From: a candidate division WOR-3 bacterium
Lineage (GTDB): Bacteria > Hydrothermota > Tepidihabitantia > Tepidihabitantales > Tepidihabitantaceae
Length of the DNA: 59,968 bases
Reading direction: 5' to 3'
NCBI GenBank assembly: GCA_965649165.1
Contig: CBFGJT010000008.1
Coordinates: forward strand, 1-59,968
Under the pieces are notes generated by a model. It made no database searches, was not told the DNA's origin, and saw only the letters and a list, made by a program, of their open reading frames with translations. Every line of letters begins with the position of its first letter. Positions within the stretch are counted from its first letter, which is position 1. Position numbers and translations under genes: made by a program. Below, in pieces: positions 29,885-40,441 of this stretch.

Positions 29885-31678
29885 ATGTTTCATGGCGAGT
29901 TCATGCTGCCCGAGGGGGAGGAGCGGGCACAGGGCCGGGCAATTGATTACCTACGCCGGCTCTGGCCCTTCTTTTCCCCATATCTGGGCAGGGTTGTGGC
30001 TGCGGGTCTGCTGCTGCTGGTCTCAAGCGGGCTTTCACTGCTTGGTCCGGTGCTTTTGAAGCGGGCGATTGATGTCAATCTCGCCCATGGTGATCTGCGC
30101 GGGCTGGCAGTTACCTCGCTTTTATATCTGGTGGTTCAGGCAGGTATCTTTGTTGCCACCTACTATCAGCTCGTATGGCTAACGCAGGTGGGTGAGCAAG
30201 GGGCCGCAGATTTAAAAAAGCGGCTGTTTGAGCACATTCTGAAACTGCCAATATCCTTCTTTGACCAGAATCCGAGCGGAAGGCTCATTTCCCGGGTTGA
30301 GAGCGATACCGAGGCATTGAAGATGCTTTTCACCCGGACTTCGGTGGTGCTGCTCCAAAGCGGGCTGATGCTTGTGGGGATGAGCGTAATCATGGGTATT
30401 ACCAGCTGGCGGCTTTATCTTTTGGTGGCGATGCTTCTGCCGCCATTTGTGCTTGCCTTTTACTTCTTTCAGAAGAAGGTCCGGCCGGTTTATCTTGAGG
30501 TCCGGCGCCGGGTGGCCGATATCAACAGTCTGGTAGTGGAGGCGCTGCGCGGACTGCCGGTGGTTCAGGTTTTTAATCAGGAGGGGAGTTTCGCTGTCCG
30601 GATGGACCAGCTGAACCGGCAGAAGTTTGCCAGTGAGCTCAAGGCATCATATCTCTGGTATGCGGTCTGGTTTCTGGTTGATTTCGGTGAGCTCATCGGG
30701 GTTGGGCTGGTGCTGGCGATCGGCGGTATGTGGGCACGCAGTGGCGGTCTCAGCGTCGGCACGCTTGTGCTTTTTATCTCCTACATCAGCCGGCTGTTTG
30801 CACCGCTGCGGGCGATTTCAGATCAGATTAACATCATGCAGCGGGCGTTTGCCTCAGCGGAGCGGGCACTGAAGATTCTGGATCAGCAGTCCGAGCCCGC
30901 CGGCAGAATAACGGGTCAAATCAGGTTCAACCGGGCGATTGAGTTTCAGGGGGTGTGGTTTGCCTATGAAGGCGAAGAGTATGTGCTCCGTGATATAAAC
31001 CTCCGTATTGACAGGGGAGAGAAGGTGGCACTGGTCGGCGAGACCGGTGGCGGCAAGAGTTCACTCATCGGGTTGATCTTAAAATTTTACCATCCACAGC
31101 GAGGGAGAATCCTGTTTGATGGTTGTGATCTCAATGAGATTGACAATGATACGCTGCGCCGACTGACCGGTTTTGTGCCCCAGGAGGTGGTTTTGTTTCC
31201 GGGCACGGTGCTGGACAATTTGCGGTTGTTTGACGGCGGGATAACGCCGGAGCAAGTGATTCGGGCGGCAGAGCGGGTGCGGATTGATGAATCGATTCGG
31301 CGGTTTGCTCAGGGGTATGAGACCTCGGTCACAGAAGCTGGTGCCAATCTCTCGCTGGGCGAGCGGCAGCTGCTGGCATTTGCCCGCGCGCTGGTGCGCG
31401 ATCCGCAGATTCTGATTCTGGATGAGGCGACATCTGCAATTGATCCTCAGACCGAAAGGAGGATTCAGGAAGGTATGCAGGAGCTGCTTGCCGGCAGGAC
31501 GGCGATTATCATCGCTCACCGGCTGGCAACGATTCAGCTTGTGGACCGGGTGGTGGTGGTGCACAAGGGCAGGATTGCAGAGCAGGGCACGCATGAGGCG
31601 CTGCTGAGAAAAGAAGGTATCTATGCCCGGCTTTTCCGGCTGCAGTTTGTCGAACAGGCGGCGGGTAGCAATGATTAG
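29885..31678 (+). CDS. heterodimeric ABC exporter subunit (TMD+NBD)
   Basis: 6-TM domain, GETGGGKSS, LSLGERQ, ILDEATS, IAHRL. Confidence 0.92.
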   Translation: MFHGEFMLPEGEERAQGRAIDYLRRLWPFFSPYLGRVVAAGLLLLVSSGLSLLGPVLLKRAIDVNLAHGDLRGLAVTSLLYLVVQAGIFVATYYQLVWLTQVGEQGAADLKKRLFEHILKLPISFFDQNPSGRLISRVESDTEALKMLFTRTSVVLLQSGLMLVGMSVIMGITSWRLYLLVAMLLPPFVLAFYFFQKKVRPVYLEVRRRVADINSLVVEALRGLPVVQVFNQEGSFAVRMDQLNRQKFASELKASYLWYAVWFLVDFGELIGVGLVLAIGGMWARSGGLSVGTLVLFISYISRLFAPLRAISDQINIMQRAFASAERALKILDQQSEPAGRITGQIRFNRAIEFQGVWFAYEGEEYVLRDINLRIDRGEKVALVGETGGGKSSLIGLILKFYHPQRGRILFDGCDLNEIDNDTLRRLTGFVPQEVVLFPGTVLDNLRLFDGGITPEQVIRAAERVRIDESIRRFAQGYETSVTEAGANLSLGERQLLAFARALVRDPQILILDEATSAIDPQTERRIQEGMQELLAGRTAIIIAHRLATIQLVDRVVVVHKGRIAEQGTHEALLRKEGIYARLFRLQFVEQAAGSND

Positions 31679-33419
31679 GAGCAAGGCAGGCGGGCTGCAG
31701 GTGATTTATGACTTCTGGCGCCGTAACATTCCACTGGCAGTGCTGCTCGTGGTGCTGACCGTCTTTGCCAGCGCGGTGGCGGTTGCTTTCCCCTATCTGC
31801 TCCGGCTGATCATTGATGGTATCAGAGCGGAGATCACGAACCGGCGCCTGGTGAATTATGTACTGCTGCTTTCCGGCTTCGGGCTGGCGCGGGCAATGGC
31901 CGATGTCCTGCTGCCGTTTCTCCGGGGCAGAACGAATGAAAAGTTTCAGTGGGAGGTGCGCAGCGGCGTGTTCAGCCGGCTGCTCTATTTTGACCACCGG
32001 TTTACGAACCGGTTTCCGAGTGGTGATGTGATGGAACGACTCGACCATGATCTGCAGGAGCTTTCCTGGTTTGCCTGTTCCGGCATCTTCCGGTTTACTG
32101 CCGGTGCAATGCTTGCCCTGTTCACGGTGGTGATGCTTCTGCGCATGAACCGGTTTCTGACGCTAGTGACAATTGTGCCGGTGACTCTCGGAGTGGTGGG
32201 CTGGCTCCGGTTCGGTCCGAAAATCTACAGCCTGTTTATGCAGTGGCGGGTGCAGATTGCGGATATTAATAACCAGCTGCAGTCGGCTTTTACCGGTATC
32301 CGGTTGATCAAGGCGTTCGTCACTGCAGGCGGGTTGGCAGACCGGTTCGCAGAGACGCTCAATCGTCGGGTTGGGTTGGCAGTGCGCGAAACCCGGTTTG
32401 AAGCCCAGCTGCAGGTTCTGTATATGGCAATTGTCGAACTGGCACTGCTGCTGGTGTTGTGGGTAGGTGGCGGACTGGTGATCGGCAGGCGGCTGACTCT
32501 TGGTGAGTTTGTTGCTTTCAATGTCTATCAGCTGATGCTTCTGCCAACGATGTTTGACATTGGCAATCTGTTTGTCTCCGGGAGAAGGGCGAGCGGGGCA
32601 GGAGCACGGATTAGTGAACTGGTGCGCGAGGATTTCAGTATCAGTCGCCGGGGTGCGGATCTCAAACCGGTGCCGGGTGAACTCCGGCTGGAGCGGGTGA
32701 CCTTTAGTTACAACCAAGCGCCGGTGCTCAAAAATGTGTCAATGGTTATCCCTGCCGGCCGGAAGGTCGGTATTGCCGGCACCGTCGGTTCGGGCAAGAG
32801 CACCCTGCTACGACTGATACTGCGCCTGACGGACCCTCAGGCGGGCACGGTGAAATTAAATGGCACCGACATCCGGGAACTGAGTCTGATTGCCTATCGT
32901 CAGCTGTTCGGATATGCACCGCAGGAGCCGGTTCTGTTTTCGGACACATTGAGAAACAACATTCTGTTCGGACGCAAGGCGGATGATGCGCGGCTCCATG
33001 AGCTGTTAAGACTGGTTCAGCTCGAGAATGATGTCCGTGAGTTTGTCCAGGGTCTGGACGAGCCGTTAGGGGAACGGGGCACCGGTCTTTCCGGTGGTCA
33101 GAAGGCGCGGGTGGCGCTGGCACGGGCATTGCTGATGCAGCCGGAGATAATCATTCTTGATGACGCCACTGCCGGGCTGGATGCGGATACCGAACAGGAG
33201 TTCTTTGCCCGGCTTTTTACTGCACTTCCCGGCAGGACATTTATTATCGTTTCCCACCGGCTCAAGGTGCTTTCCGCCTGCGATTACATCTATGTCCTGG
33301 ACCGGGGTGAAATCAGCGAGCAGGGCACACCAGCGGAGCTGCTGGCAAAATCAGGGCTTTATTACCGACTTTATGAGCGCCAGCTCCTCAGGGAAGAGCT
33401 GGAACAGCTTGACAGTTAG
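31671..33419 (+). CDS. heterodimeric ABC exporter subunit with degenerate site
   Basis: start MIRSK at 31671; GTVGSGKST, LSGGQK, ILDDAT (E to D degenerate Walker B), VSHRL. Confidence 0.9.
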   Translation: MIRSKAGGLQVIYDFWRRNIPLAVLLVVLTVFASAVAVAFPYLLRLIIDGIRAEITNRRLVNYVLLLSGFGLARAMADVLLPFLRGRTNEKFQWEVRSGVFSRLLYFDHRFTNRFPSGDVMERLDHDLQELSWFACSGIFRFTAGAMLALFTVVMLLRMNRFLTLVTIVPVTLGVVGWLRFGPKIYSLFMQWRVQIADINNQLQSAFTGIRLIKAFVTAGGLADRFAETLNRRVGLAVRETRFEAQLQVLYMAIVELALLLVLWVGGGLVIGRRLTLGEFVAFNVYQLMLLPTMFDIGNLFVSGRRASGAGARISELVREDFSISRRGADLKPVPGELRLERVTFSYNQAPVLKNVSMVIPAGRKVGIAGTVGSGKSTLLRLILRLTDPQAGTVKLNGTDIRELSLIAYRQLFGYAPQEPVLFSDTLRNNILFGRKADDARLHELLRLVQLENDVREFVQGLDEPLGERGTGLSGGQKARVALARALLMQPEIIILDDATAGLDADTEQEFFARLFTALPGRTFIIVSHRLKVLSACDYIYVLDRGEISEQGTPAELLAKSGLYYRLYERQLLREELEQLDS

Positions 33420-33428
33420 ATTACTGCT

Positions 33429-34598
33429 TCAGATCCGGCTGTGCTGGAAGAATTCCCGTTTCAGCTGCTCCAGCAGTTCTGCCCGGCGGTGATAGAGCCG
33501 GTGGAGCTTGCGCGGTTTGTGCCTTGCCAGTGCATAATGAGTGAAGAGGGGCAGTGCCACGGTGGCGTCCAGATAGCAGACAATCGCATCCGGCAGCCGG
33601 TTCGGATCCACCTTGCCCCAGGAGACCGCTTCGTGCGGGGTTGCCCCGGAAAGGCCGCCGGTATCAGGCCGGGCATCAGTGAACTGGATAAAGTAGTCCT
33701 GGCCGACATCAGGGAGCATCAGGATTTCCTGAATTTGGGGTTCAGTCTGGAGCATGAAATTCTTCGGTGAACCGCCGCCGACAAGCACGACCCCGGACTC
33801 GCCTCCGGAACGCTTGGCATAGAGTACATAGGAGGTGGTCTCATTGACATCAATTGACGGGTTGATCCGCAGTTTCAGCCCTTTGAGCTCCAGTCCGGCG
33901 ATGTTCATCCCTATCGTCGAGTCGCCGGGAGAACTGGTGTGGACCGGGACGCCATAGCGGTAGGCGGCGGCAAGGATTGATACATCCCTGAGTCCGTTTT
34001 TTTCTTCGTATTCAGCAGCATATCTACCCAGATAGTGATAGAACTCGGCGGTGCCCATTTCCTTCTGGAACTCGGGCTGGAGGAGAATCTTGCGCAGGAT
34101 TTCGTCGGTGGCACAGAGACAGTCGGTATACGCAAGAAAGATGTCATAAATCCGGACGACATCGTTTTTGCGCAGATCGGCGTCATTGACTGCGGGGGAG
34201 CCGGCATAGAGCGGGAAGTTAAAGACAAAGTGCAGATCGTGATACATATTGGCGCCGGTGGCAACAATCCAGTCGATAAATCCGGCTTTGATCAGCGGAA
34301 CAATGCAGGAACAGCCGAGTCCGGCGGGTGTAAGGGCACCGGCAAGTGACATCCCGATGATCGTCCTCGGTTTGAGCATCTTCTGGACAAACAGCTGACA
34401 TGCCTGACGCAGCCGGGCGGAGTTGTAGGCAAGGAATGTTTCTTCAATCAGATAGACCGCAGACTCCCTGCCGGTAATGCCTTTAGGCAGAATTCGCTTG
34501 CCGGAGAGATAGAGATGCTTGCGCGGGGTGCGCCGTTTGCGTAGCCAGTCTGGCAAATCACTGAGATCAGGACGGTAACGGTAATTTTTCTTATTCAT
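33429..34598 (-). CDS. deoxyhypusine synthase-like protein (probable homospermidine synthase, SpeY-type)
   Basis: start MNKKN at 34598 with SD AGGAGG; [48 protein letters not shown]. Confidence 0.88.
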   Translation of the reverse strand: MNKKNYRYRPDLSDLPDWLRKRRTPRKHLYLSGKRILPKGITGRESAVYLIEETFLAYNSARLRQACQLFVQKMLKPRTIIGMSLAGALTPAGLGCSCIVPLIKAGFIDWIVATGANMYHDLHFVFNFPLYAGSPAVNDADLRKNDVVRIYDIFLAYTDCLCATDEILRKILLQPEFQKEMGTAEFYHYLGRYAAEYEEKNGLRDVSILAAAYRYGVPVHTSSPGDSTIGMNIAGLELKGLKLRINPSIDVNETTSYVLYAKRSGGESGVVLVGGGSPKNFMLQTEPQIQEILMLPDVGQDYFIQFTDARPDTGGLSGATPHEAVSWGKVDPNRLPDAIVCYLDATVALPLFTHYALARHKPRKLHRLYHRRAELLEQLKREFFQHSRI

Positions 34599-34608
34599 TA
34601 TCCCCCTC

Positions 34609-35754
34609 CTAAGCGACAAAAACGGTCTTTGCGGGTGGAATGCCGTTGAAATGGGTTGCATGGGCGATGGAATAGGCACCGATATTCTGGGCATAAACCA
34701 GATCACCCAGCTCCAGCTCTGGCAGCTCCTCGGCGGTGGAGATGATGTCCAATGAGTCGCAGGTCGGTCCGGCAAGGGTGGTGAGCTGGGTCGGTCCTTT
34801 CTTAATGGTGGCAAACTGATATTTACAATGGTCGAATACGGTGCCGGAAAGTGCGCCATAAACACCGTCATCAAGATAATACCAGTGCTTGTTGTTGCGG
34901 ATTGACTTGCCGATCACCGACATCAGCAGAAAGCCCGATGGCCCGACAATCGCCCTGCCCGGTTCGGCAATGATTCGGATATCATCCGGGAACAGCCGAG
35001 AAAGCTCCATATTGAGTGCCGGTGCGATCTCGACAAACCAGTCGGGGTCAGAGTCAAAATGCCGGATCGGAAATCCCCCACCGATGTCTACCAGTTTCAG
35101 ATTCAGCCCCTTGTTTTCTGCCTCGGTAAGGATCATCCGGGTGAGCTCCAGCGCGTCAAGGTAGTTATTGCCCTGCAGACACTGCGAGCCGACATGGAAG
35201 GAGATGCCGGTAGGTTCCAGTCCCAGTTTCCTTGCCTTGAGCAGAAGGGGGATGGCATCAGCAGGTTCGGCACCGAACTTGAGCGACAGCTCCACCACCG
35301 AGCCGACATTGGGCACTTTGGTTCTGACTACCACCTGAGCCTGAGGTGCGTGGCGGGCAATCTTGTTCAGCTCGTATTCGGAGTCAAAGGTCATCAGCCG
35401 GACATTGCGCCGGATGGCATATTTAATCGCTTCCGGGCGTTTGACCGTATTGGCGAAGATCACCCGTTTCGGATCCGCGCCCGCAGCAAGCACCAATTCA
35501 ATTTCCGGTTCCGATGCAACATCAAATCCGCACCTCGCCTGGGCAAGGGTTTTGATCACTTCGGGGTTCGGGTTTGCCTTGACCGCATAGAACGGCTCAA
35601 CCCGGGGCAGGAGGTTGCGGAACTTTGCCAGCTGGGCTAAAAGCAGGGTGCGGCTGATGATAAAGAGTGGAGTGCCGTGCTTTTTTGCAAGCCGGGGGAA
35701 TGAGGCACGTAGTCTCCGCAGATAACCGTTCTGACTTTTAAAATTTGTGTTCAC
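34609..35754 (-). CDS. ornithine/lysine decarboxylase (fold-type III PLP)
   Basis: [45 protein letters not shown]. Confidence 0.92.
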   Translation of the reverse strand: MNTNFKSQNGYLRRLRASFPRLAKKHGTPLFIISRTLLLAQLAKFRNLLPRVEPFYAVKANPNPEVIKTLAQARCGFDVASEPEIELVLAAGADPKRVIFANTVKRPEAIKYAIRRNVRLMTFDSEYELNKIARHAPQAQVVVRTKVPNVGSVVELSLKFGAEPADAIPLLLKARKLGLEPTGISFHVGSQCLQGNNYLDALELTRMILTEAENKGLNLKLVDIGGGFPIRHFDSDPDWFVEIAPALNMELSRLFPDDIRIIAEPGRAIVGPSGFLLMSVIGKSIRNNKHWYYLDDGVYGALSGTVFDHCKYQFATIKKGPTQLTTLAGPTCDSLDIISTAEELPELELGDLVYAQNIGAYSIAHATHFNGIPPAKTVFVA

Positions 35755-35790
35755 ACCTCAATTATTGCCGGCCAGATTTGCGGGTCAAGA

Positions 35791-36795
35791 TTAAACACCA
35801 GCCGGCATGAGCACCGCGGCGCCATTGATTCGGCTGTGCTTGACCGCAAGCAGGGCATCGTTTGCCTGCTCAAGGAGAAAGGTGGTGACGGTGGTCTGGA
35901 GCGGAATTTTTTCTGCCAGCTGAAGCAGTTTAGTCACATCCTGTCTGGTGCTATTGGCAACCGAGACCAGCGCCCGCTCGTGATAGATCAGCTCGTAATC
36001 CAGCACCGGTATTGGGCTCATATGGATGCCGGCAAGGGCAAGGGTTGCGCCCCGCTCCAGCCGGGCAAGCGCCTTCGGTACCAGTTCGCCGGCAGGCGCA
36101 AAAATTACCCCGGTATTCAGGGGGAAAGGTGGTTGTTCGTCGGCACTGCCGACCCAGTCGGCGCCCAGTTCTCGGGCGTGCTGCTGATGAAGCGGACTGC
36201 GGGTGAAGACTGCAACCAGACAGTTCCAGTATTTAAGAATCTGCAGGCAGATGTGGGCAGAGGCGCCAAAGCCCCAGAGCCCGACCCGGTCGCCGGGCTG
36301 GATCTGCGCCCGCTTCAGACCCCGGTAACCGATCACACCCGCACAGAGCAGTGGTGCGAGATTGGGCACCGGCAGGTTTTCGGGCAGGGGATAGCAGAAA
36401 CCGGCACGGACGAGAGTAAACTCGGCATAGCCGCCGTCGGTATGAAAACCGGTAAACCGGATGTTTTCGCACAGATTTTCCCGGTCCTTACGGCAGTATT
36501 TACAGGTTCCGCAAACACCGGCAAGCCAGGGGACGCCGACCAGTGTGCCGACCGCGGGTGCGTTGACATTTGTGCCCAGCTGGTCAACAATGCCGACAAT
36601 CTCGTGCCCGACGATGAGTGGCAGGCGCGGAACCTGTATGTCCCCTTCAATCTCATGGATATCGGTATGGCAGACACCGCAGGCAAGGACCCGGAGCCGC
36701 AGCTCATTCGGTCCGGGTTCAGGGATCGGCAGTTCGGTCAGTTGGAGAGGATGCGATTCCACCGGTGCGGTTGCGTTCAGCACCATTGCCTTCAT
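35791..36795 (-). CDS. zinc-dependent alcohol dehydrogenase family protein
   Basis: start MKAMVL at 36795; CGVCHTD, GHEIVG, CGTCKYC...C, LLCAGVIGY, GFGASAH; TTGTAT-17-TAAATT 7 nt upstream. Confidence 0.92.
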   Translation of the reverse strand: MKAMVLNATAPVESHPLQLTELPIPEPGPNELRLRVLACGVCHTDIHEIEGDIQVPRLPLIVGHEIVGIVDQLGTNVNAPAVGTLVGVPWLAGVCGTCKYCRKDRENLCENIRFTGFHTDGGYAEFTLVRAGFCYPLPENLPVPNLAPLLCAGVIGYRGLKRAQIQPGDRVGLWGFGASAHICLQILKYWNCLVAVFTRSPLHQQHARELGADWVGSADEQPPFPLNTGVIFAPAGELVPKALARLERGATLALAGIHMSPIPVLDYELIYHERALVSVANSTRQDVTKLLQLAEKIPLQTTVTTFLLEQANDALLAVKHSRINGAAVLMPAGV

Positions 36796-36909
36796 CGGTG
36801 ATAATTTAATCCGGCGCCGTAAAAAATACAAGTAGGACAGAATCTGCGGGCGTTGACTGTTGCCCGAAGTGGAGGTAATTTTATTCAGAGAAACTGAAAG
36901 GAGCTGAGT

Positions 36910-37263
36910 ATGGAGAAGCCCAGGGTTGCCATCTTTGCCTTTAATTCCGATCCGGTGGTGTTTGCCCACTGTCTGCTCAACGGGCTGGAAATGCAGGTGC
37001 AGGGCTGGGAGGTGAAGGTTATAATTGAAGGGGATGCAACCAAGCAGGTTTCGCTTCTGCGCAATGAGACCAAACCCTTTGCCCTGCTCTGGCAGAAGGC
37101 AAAAAATGCGGGCATTATTGATTGTGTCTGTGAAGCCTGCGCGCGCAAGAACACGGTTGTGCCTGCGGTCCGGGAGCAGGGGCTGAAACTGTGCAATGAG
37201 CTCGAGGGCCATCCGAGCATTGCCCGTTACATTGAGCAGGGCTATCAGGTGCTGATCTTCTGA
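36910..37263 (+). CDS. DsrE/DsrF-like small cytoplasmic protein
   Basis: FAHCLLNG, VIIEG, VCEACA, GHPSI...YIEQGYQV; SD AAGGAG; promoter TTGACT-17-TAATTT at 36853-36881. Confidence 0.75.
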   Translation: MEKPRVAIFAFNSDPVVFAHCLLNGLEMQVQGWEVKVIIEGDATKQVSLLRNETKPFALLWQKAKNAGIIDCVCEACARKNTVVPAVREQGLKLCNELEGHPSIARYIEQGYQVLIF

Positions 37264-37916
37264 TGGTGGATAACCCCTTTGACCTGCTCGCAGCAAAATA
37301 CGACCACTGGTATGATGAAGAGGGCAGGGAGGCGTTTGCAATTGAGCTGGCAGCACTGAGGCGGGTGGTGGCGGACCTACCCAAGCCCTGGCTTGAAGTT
37401 GGGGTGGGCACGGGCCGGTTTGCGCAGGCGCTCGGCATTCCGCTCGGGGTTGACCCGTCCCGGGAGATGCTCAAACTGGCTGAAAGGCGGGGAATTAGGA
37501 CGGTGCAGGCAGGGGCAGAAAGCCTGCCGTTTACTGATGGTGAGTTCGGCACCGTATTCCTTCTGACCACCTGGGAGTTTCTGTCTGATCCCGAACAGGC
37601 ACTGGCAGAAATTGGCCGTGTGCTCCAACCCGATGGCATGCTGGTGAACGCCTATCTGGATAAGGACGGAAAATGGGGAAAGGTCTACATGAACAAGGCG
37701 AGGCAGGGGCACCCGCTTTTCAGTAAGGCGCGGTTCAACAGTTATGATGAGGTTATCCGGATCACCCGGAAGTGCGGTTTTGAAATTGTCCGCACCGTCT
37801 CTGCCCTGTTTTCCGGACCGGATGAGGATACAACCGGTGATGAACCTAGAGACGGGTTTCACTACGGCGCCAGCTTTGTGGTTGTTGTTGGCAGAAAACG
37901 GTCAAAAACGGTTTAA
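37263..37916 (+). CDS. class I SAM-dependent methyltransferase
   Basis: YDHWY, LEVGVGTGRFA, GVDPS, AESLPF, RVLQPDG. Confidence 0.9.
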   Translation: MVDNPFDLLAAKYDHWYDEEGREAFAIELAALRRVVADLPKPWLEVGVGTGRFAQALGIPLGVDPSREMLKLAERRGIRTVQAGAESLPFTDGEFGTVFLLTTWEFLSDPEQALAEIGRVLQPDGMLVNAYLDKDGKWGKVYMNKARQGHPLFSKARFNSYDEVIRITRKCGFEIVRTVSALFSGPDEDTTGDEPRDGFHYGASFVVVVGRKRSKTV

Positions 37917-38091
37917 TGTACCCTACCGGGAACTGCCCAGGGACTGGACCCATCACAATATTTTGTGTTAATTAATATTTTATATCAATATATTGAGATT
38001 TAACGGAAAAACTGGCGTCTCACTGCGAGGATAGGAAGGGTAATTACCGAAATAATCTTGACTTGTAAATCGGCACTGGTATTTTAAGCCG

Positions 38092-38925
38092 GTGCTGGGA
38101 TTGATTTTATTAATGCTGTTGGTTAACAATCCTTCTGATCCCTGCCGGTTATGGCAGACGCTTGTGACCGATGAGGTAACCTATGCAACCGGTAGTGTGA
38201 CACGGGATGATGTCAATAATCTTTATGGCAAGTCGGATAATGTAATCAAGGTGGAGCATATTGTCTGGCTGGGAAATCCACCAGCAGAAACTACCCGCTG
38301 CGGCTGGGTAAGATTTAATACCAGTCCGCTTCCGCCGAATGCGGTGATTACCAGGGCCCGGTTCCGTTACCATGTGTTCTACTGGGAGATGCTTTTTAAT
38401 TTTCAGCTCCGGACGCTCGGGCTGGATCCGGTAACCGCATCCGCACGCACTCTCTATGACTCGCTGAGCACGGGCAGGGTCTGCGCTGATGTGCCGATGG
38501 GCCGACTCTGGGATACGATTGAGCTGAATGATACCGCAGTTGCGCATATCAATCGGTCCGTGCGCCAGGGCTGGGTGGCTTTCGGACTCTGGGGCTATGG
38601 CTGGTCAAATGTGGTAACCAAGCGCGCCTGGATTATCGGCTGGAACAGTAGTCCCCGTTCCGAAGCCCCGGAGTTGGATGTAGAATATACCGTAACCGGT
38701 TGTGGGGAACAGGAGCAGTCCCGAGTCTCTGCTTTGGACCTGAAGCCGGTGTTCGCAGCGCATAACAATTTCCGGTTTGACGATGATGCACCGGTTTTTG
38801 ATGTATCGGGCAGAAGGGTTGGTCCTAACCGATTGGGGCAAACAGGGGCGCTTAATCCTGGCGTCTATCTGGTTATGCCGAGAAGGGGACATCTGCAGAG
38901 CAAGCGTCGGGTAATTCTGTACTGA
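38092..38925 (+). CDS. secreted protein (DNRLRE-like beta-sandwich) with short T9SS-like C-terminal tail
   Basis: signal peptide; GWVRFNTSPLPPNAVITRA, PELDVEY, FDVSGRRV...PGVYLV; TTGACT-16-TATTTT 6 nt before GTG. Confidence 0.65.
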   Translation: MLGLILLMLLVNNPSDPCRLWQTLVTDEVTYATGSVTRDDVNNLYGKSDNVIKVEHIVWLGNPPAETTRCGWVRFNTSPLPPNAVITRARFRYHVFYWEMLFNFQLRTLGLDPVTASARTLYDSLSTGRVCADVPMGRLWDTIELNDTAVAHINRSVRQGWVAFGLWGYGWSNVVTKRAWIIGWNSSPRSEAPELDVEYTVTGCGEQEQSRVSALDLKPVFAAHNNFRFDDDAPVFDVSGRRVGPNRLGQTGALNPGVYLVMPRRGHLQSKRRVILY

Positions 38926-38937
38926 TTTAAATACCGT

Positions 38938-39897
38938 TCAGCGCCGGATCCGACGCAATGCCGCTTCGTGTTCCTGCGGGGTGCGGGAGAAGATGTGGGT
39001 GCCGTCGCCGCGTGCGACAAAGAAGAGGTAGTTGTGTTCAGCCGGGTGCAGGACCGCACGCAGTGCCAGTTTTCCGGGATTGCAGATCGGTCCGGGCGGC
39101 AGGCCCGGGTGGAGATAGGTGTTATAGGGTGAGTCAATTTTCAGGTCCTCATTGGAAAGCCGTTCCTTAGGCTGGGGCAGGATGAACTGGACCGTGGCAC
39201 AGGACTGTAGCGGGATATGGCGCCGGAGCCGGTTGAGGAAGACACCGGCGATTACCGGAAACTCCTCCGGCACCCGCGCCTCCCTTTCAACAATTGATGC
39301 CAGTATGACCACCTGTGGTTCGGTCAGGGGGGTCCGGCTTTCCCGGCGGAGTGATTCATAGGTGGCGCGAAACTGGTGGACGAGTCGGCGGACGAGGTGA
39401 CCGGGGTCAGAGCCGGTCTGGAATTCGTAGGTCTCGGGAAAGAGCCAGCCTTCGGCAGTGGCAAGGGGAATGTCAAGAGAGCGTAGCAGTGTGGTGTCGG
39501 TACAGGCGGCAAGGAAGGAGTCTGCCGGGCAGATGCCGTTTTCGGCGAGGATTTTCGCAATCTGGCGGGTGGTTGCGCCTTCCGGAATGGTGACGAAAAG
39601 GAATGCCGGGGTTTCACGCGCGAGCATCTTAAGCACCAGTTTCGGATCGGAGTTGGGAATGAACCGGTAACGGCCGGGCTGGATGCGCTGGTCATAACGG
39701 TCAAGCCGGGCAATGAGCTGGAAGATGAGGGCGGAACTGATGATGCCTTTTTCCTTGAGGGCAGTGGTAATTTCCAGAATTGACATCCCGGGTCTGATGA
39801 TTACCTCCCGTTTCGGTCCGGTGTAGTCGGGCGGAGCCGGTTCGGAGCAGAAAAGGCAGAGGGAGAGCAGGGTACAGAGCAGGAAACGGATTGTCAT
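38938..39897 (-). CDS. mltG: endolytic transglycosylase MltG
   Basis: VTIPEG, EGWLFPETY, LASIVERE, NRL, SPYNTYLHPGLPPGPICNPG, YLFFVA. Confidence 0.95.
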   Translation of the reverse strand: MTIRFLLCTLLSLCLFCSEPAPPDYTGPKREVIIRPGMSILEITTALKEKGIISSALIFQLIARLDRYDQRIQPGRYRFIPNSDPKLVLKMLARETPAFLFVTIPEGATTRQIAKILAENGICPADSFLAACTDTTLLRSLDIPLATAEGWLFPETYEFQTGSDPGHLVRRLVHQFRATYESLRRESRTPLTEPQVVILASIVEREARVPEEFPVIAGVFLNRLRRHIPLQSCATVQFILPQPKERLSNEDLKIDSPYNTYLHPGLPPGPICNPGKLALRAVLHPAEHNYLFFVARGDGTHIFSRTPQEHEAALRRIRR

Positions 39898-40349
39898 TCC
39901 TTGACTCCGGTTGCCTTGCGGCAGCTCCGGATCCAGTTGAGATAGTCCTCAAGGATGACGGTGGCGGCGATGCGGTCAAGCGGTGATTCGGTGCCCAAAT
40001 GCTGCCGGAACGGAATGCCGTGGACCTCGGCGTAAATCTGCTGGGCATAGCGGGTGGAAAGGCGTTCGTCAAACAGTTCGACCGGCAGATGGAGCTGTCG
40101 GGCAATGCGGGAGGCGAACTGGCGGATTTTTTCGCTGCGGGTGCTCGGTTTGCCGGAAAGGCTTAGGGGTAGACCGATGACGATCAGGTCGATTTCATAC
40201 TGACGGATTAGCCGGCTGACCGCAGCGATCAGTTCTTCGTCGGTCTTATGGGTGATTGTCGTCAAACTCTGGGCGATGGTACGGGTCTCGTCCGAGATGG
40301 CAACACCGGTGCGCCTTTCACCGTAATCAAGGCAGAGGATCCGGGCCAT
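39894..40349 (-). CDS. ruvX: Holliday junction resolvase-like / pre-16S rRNA nuclease YqgF
   Basis: start MARILCLDYGERRTGVAISD at 40349; VIGLP, DERLST, DRIAATVILEDY; TGGACA-17-TAAACT 7 nt upstream. Confidence 0.93.
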   Translation of the reverse strand: MARILCLDYGERRTGVAISDETRTIAQSLTTITHKTDEELIAAVSRLIRQYEIDLIVIGLPLSLSGKPSTRSEKIRQFASRIARQLHLPVELFDERLSTRYAQQIYAEVHGIPFRQHLGTESPLDRIAATVILEDYLNWIRSCRKATGVKE

Positions 40350-40441
40350 TGGTAAAAGTTTAACCCAGAACCCGGTTTTTGTCCAGTGATGAAAGGCAAT
40401 GTTTTTGACTTTGATCCCGGTTCGGATATATTTAGCCCGAT

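Noticed and set aside
34599-34874. N-terminal extensions in the ORF track (DHS-like; also rtcB to 13681, adh to 37356, ruvX to 40676, nfu to 59068, permease to 5818)
   Set aside because: The extensions overlap other genes or promoters; internal starts have an SD or a leaderless promoter and match family N-termini
36910-37263. Selenocysteine readthrough in the DsrE-like, Nfu or radical-SAM-like genes, given selA
   Set aside because: No in-frame TGA at a Cys-equivalent position; the DsrE-like TGA is at the natural C-terminus and overlaps the next ATG
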